A stretch of 64,000 nt of DNA from Atopobium sp. (lineage in GTDB: Bacteria; Actinomycetota; Coriobacteriia; Coriobacteriales; Atopobiaceae). The stretch spans positions 48,872 to 112,871 of the forward strand of contig JABZHR010000003.1 in assembly GCA_015258715.1 (NCBI GenBank), given 5' to 3'. The position numbers and the translations under genes are program-made. Shown piece after piece: positions 61,719 through 64,000 of this stretch (position 1 is the first letter of the stretch; each line of letters starts with the position of its first letter). The notes beneath the pieces are model-generated. The model was not told where the DNA came from. It ran no database searches and saw only the letters and a list, made by a program, of their open reading frames with translations.

Positions 61719-61721
61719 CCC

Positions 61722-62543
61722 GTGGCGTCTTCGGACTGCTCGACTTTTGCAATAGTTTGCGATAACCCCTGTGGGCTTGAAGCTTCCCAGCTTGAAGCCC
61801 TGGGGGTTTCTGTAATACCTGGAGCTCTGAGCTCAGATGCTGACCAGGTAGGCGAGTTCTATCGAAGCATTTTTGAGTCTGGAGCACAAAAGATTCTCTC
61901 GCTCCATGTGTGGGCAGATTTCTCTGATTCGCTTCCTACGGCAAAAAAGGCTTGTCAGAACAATCCTGATATCTCGGGTTCAATTTGCCTGGTAGATAGC
62001 GGAAATATGCCTACCGCCATGGGAATCATGCTTGAGCGCTTAAGCGTGGCAAGAGCATCCGGGGCTTCTTTTGAGGCAACCTGTGCATATGCACACGAAC
62101 TTGCCGAGGTAGTTGCCACAATGTATATCGCAATGAATAAGGTTGCGCTGCATAAAAGCAAGGACAAACGCCCCAGGCTTTCGTTGCGACTTCGACTTGA
62201 GCGTTTGCATAGGCGCATCTCAAACGATATGTATTTGTATCGTTTGGTTGGCGGAAAATGTACAGAGGTGGCTCGCTCATCAGATTTTACCGATCTAGCA
62301 GCAAGAATTTCTCGCCTTATGAGCGCGTGTTTTGTAAAGCGCGGCGAGCTCAAATATGTAGTAATTTCAAGTGGCGAGAAACGCATACAAAAGCATCTCA
62401 AAAAGCCACTTAAAACTAATGAATATGATGCAGAATGTATTGCAGAAAGACTTGTTTCTCCCGAGTTTAAGAAGAGCCTGGGAGAAGGTTCTGTTGGCGT
62501 TGCTTGTATCCCAAAGGCGTTGTATCAGAAGGCTGGAGTACTT
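61722..62543 (+). CDS. DegV-family (fatty-acid-binding, EDD fold) domain protein. The start is GTG. The reading frame runs on without a stop into purD.
   Basis: The ~274-aa segment has a DegV-like pattern (FAIVCDNPCGL.., LVDSGNMPTAMGIMLERL.., VISSGE). It is in frame with the downstream PurD. Confidence 0.45.
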
Positions 62544-63836
62544 ATGAATGACACCGTTGATATTTTGTTGCTTGGCGCAGGTGGTCGCGAGCATGCGCTC
62601 CTGACAAAGCTGCAGGAGTCTCCGCGCGCAGGAAAAATTTACGTTGCTCCAGGCAATGGTGGCATGGCTGCCCAGGCAGAGGTTGCTCCCATTGATCAAA
62701 ACAATCCTGATGAGGTTGTCGCGTTTGCCAAGGAAAAGGGCATCGGCCTAGTAGTTATTGGCCCTGAGGCACCTCTTGTTGTGGGTGTTGCAGACGCTGT
62801 TCGCCAGGCTGGTATTGCATGCTTTGGCCCTAACCAGAATGCAGCTCAGATGGAGGGTTCAAAGGCGTTTGCTAAGGGTGTTATGGAGCGAGCAAACGTT
62901 CCAACAGCTGCATGGAAGTCTTTTACCGATCAGGCGTCTTGTGAGGCGTATGTTAACCAGATTGGCGCTCCTGTAGTTGTTAAGGCAGACGGTCTTGCCG
63001 CAGGTAAGGGCGTTATCGTTGCAACTGAGCTTGAACAGGCCCTCGAAGGTGTTCGCGAGTGTTTCTCGGGTCATTTTGGCGATGCAGGAGCAACCGTTGT
63101 TGTTGAGGAGTTCCTTGAAGGCCCAGAGTGCTCGCTGCTTGCGTTGACTGACGGAACGTACGTTGTTCCGCTGGCAACAGCCCAGGATCACAAGCGCGCT
63201 TACGACGACGATAAGGGACCTAACACCGGCGGCATGGGCGTCTATTCTCCTGTTCCGTTTGTGACTGATGAAGAACTTTCCCAGATGATTGCCATTGAGC
63301 AGCGCGTTGTTGATCAGCTCAAAAAAGAGGGTATCAACTATTCTGGCTGCCTTTACGGCGGATTTATGCTGACCAAAGACGGCCCTAAGGTTCTTGAATT
63401 TAACGCTCGCTTTGGTGATCCAGAGACTCAGGTTGTACTGCCTCGCCTCCAGGGCGATTTGGTTTCAATTTTGATGGCTTGCGATAACGGCACCCTCCGT
63501 CATCAGCAGGTTTCCTGGTCTGATACAGTGGCTGTTTCTGTTGTTCTGGCAAGTGCCGGATATCCTGGTTCTTACGAGAAGGGCAAGGAGATTACCGGTA
63601 TTGAGGCTGCTCAGCAGCTTGAGGGCGTTTCTGTGTATCACGCCGGAACTGCTCAGACCGAGGACGGAAAGATTGTCACAGCAGGCGGCCGCGTGCTCAA
63701 CGTCACTGCGCTTGCACCAACCTTTGAGGAAGCTCGCGCTCGTGCATATGAGGCTTGCGACCTTATCAACTTTGAAGGCAAGCAGCTCAGGCACGATATT
63801 GGACTCAAGGCTCTTCAAGGCCGTCCAGAAAAATAG
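62544..63836 (+). CDS. purD: Phosphoribosylamine--glycine ligase
   Basis: The ORF begins MNDTVDILLLGAGGREHAL... and has an ATP-grasp pattern. An internal ATG at 62544 has a GGCTGGAG ribosome-binding site. Confidence 0.85.
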   Translation: MNDTVDILLLGAGGREHALLTKLQESPRAGKIYVAPGNGGMAAQAEVAPIDQNNPDEVVAFAKEKGIGLVVIGPEAPLVVGVADAVRQAGIACFGPNQNAAQMEGSKAFAKGVMERANVPTAAWKSFTDQASCEAYVNQIGAPVVVKADGLAAGKGVIVATELEQALEGVRECFSGHFGDAGATVVVEEFLEGPECSLLALTDGTYVVPLATAQDHKRAYDDDKGPNTGGMGVYSPVPFVTDEELSQMIAIEQRVVDQLKKEGINYSGCLYGGFMLTKDGPKVLEFNARFGDPETQVVLPRLQGDLVSILMACDNGTLRHQQVSWSDTVAVSVVLASAGYPGSYEKGKEITGIEAAQQLEGVSVYHAGTAQTEDGKIVTAGGRVLNVTALAPTFEEARARAYEACDLINFEGKQLRHDIGLKALQGRPEK

Positions 63837-63850
63837 TTAGGTTAGCGCTT

Positions 63851-64000
63851 ATGGCAAATCAAAATGACGAGAAAACCAACGTACAGGATGGAGCTTGGAC
63901 CAGCAATCAAGGCAGTTCTCAGTTTAGTGATGTGTTTGATGATATGCAGTCTACTGAGCCAGAAATTCTTGATGCTGACATGCAGGTAACTCCAGAGGTG
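63851..64000 (+). CDS. 5' end of a hypothetical protein, partial at the window edge
   Basis: An ATG at 63851 opens MANQNDEKTNVQDGAW..., and the open frame continues to the window end. Confidence 0.3.
   Translation, partial: MANQNDEKTNVQDGAWTSNQGSSQFSDVFDDMQSTEPEILDADMQVTPEV

Overview
This window looks like the chromosomal replication-origin region of an actinobacterium with moderate GC (roughly 45-50% by eye). Gene content and Pro/Ala-rich repeat proteins suggest Bifidobacteriaceae or Coriobacteriia, but that is inference only. The conserved block yidC-yidD-rnpA-rpmH on the minus strand faces dnaA-dnaN-recF-DUF721-gyrB-gyrA on the plus strand. Strand polarity of the genes switches between rpmH and dnaA. 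Upstream lie pbpA(partial)-pknB, purC, a two-component system, purB, a thioester-domain surface adhesin with a divergent Fur-family regulator, a PafBC-like pair of WYL regulators convergent with a DinG exonuclease-helicase, ddl, rlmN, and parB-parA-rsmG-jag. Downstream lie a tRNA-Ile/tRNA-Ala pair, an iron(III)-type ABC transporter, an IS200/IS605 insertion, a LacI/PTS-EIIB/EIIC/GatZ sugar locus, typA, a TRIC-type channel, two tRNA-Ser genes, a membrane protein with a long Pro/Ala tandem-repeat tail, rpsF-ssb-rpsR-rplI, dnaB, purA, and purD preceded in frame by a DegV-like domain. No CRISPR array, integrase or prophage was seen. The two things most worth following up are both at the origin: a histidine-kinase-like (GHKL) ATPase fused to a winged-helix DNA-binding domain, encoded between rpmH and dnaA where these genes are usually adjacent, and a recurrent TTGTTGAAAA / TTTTCAACA motif that brackets this gene and recurs upstream of dnaN and dnaB. 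Other notable points are the thioester adhesin, the DegV-PurD open frame, a 19-bp perfect inverted-repeat element next to tRNA-Arg, an M28-peptidase-like membrane protein with degenerate metal ligands, and a GatZ-only PTS sugar locus.
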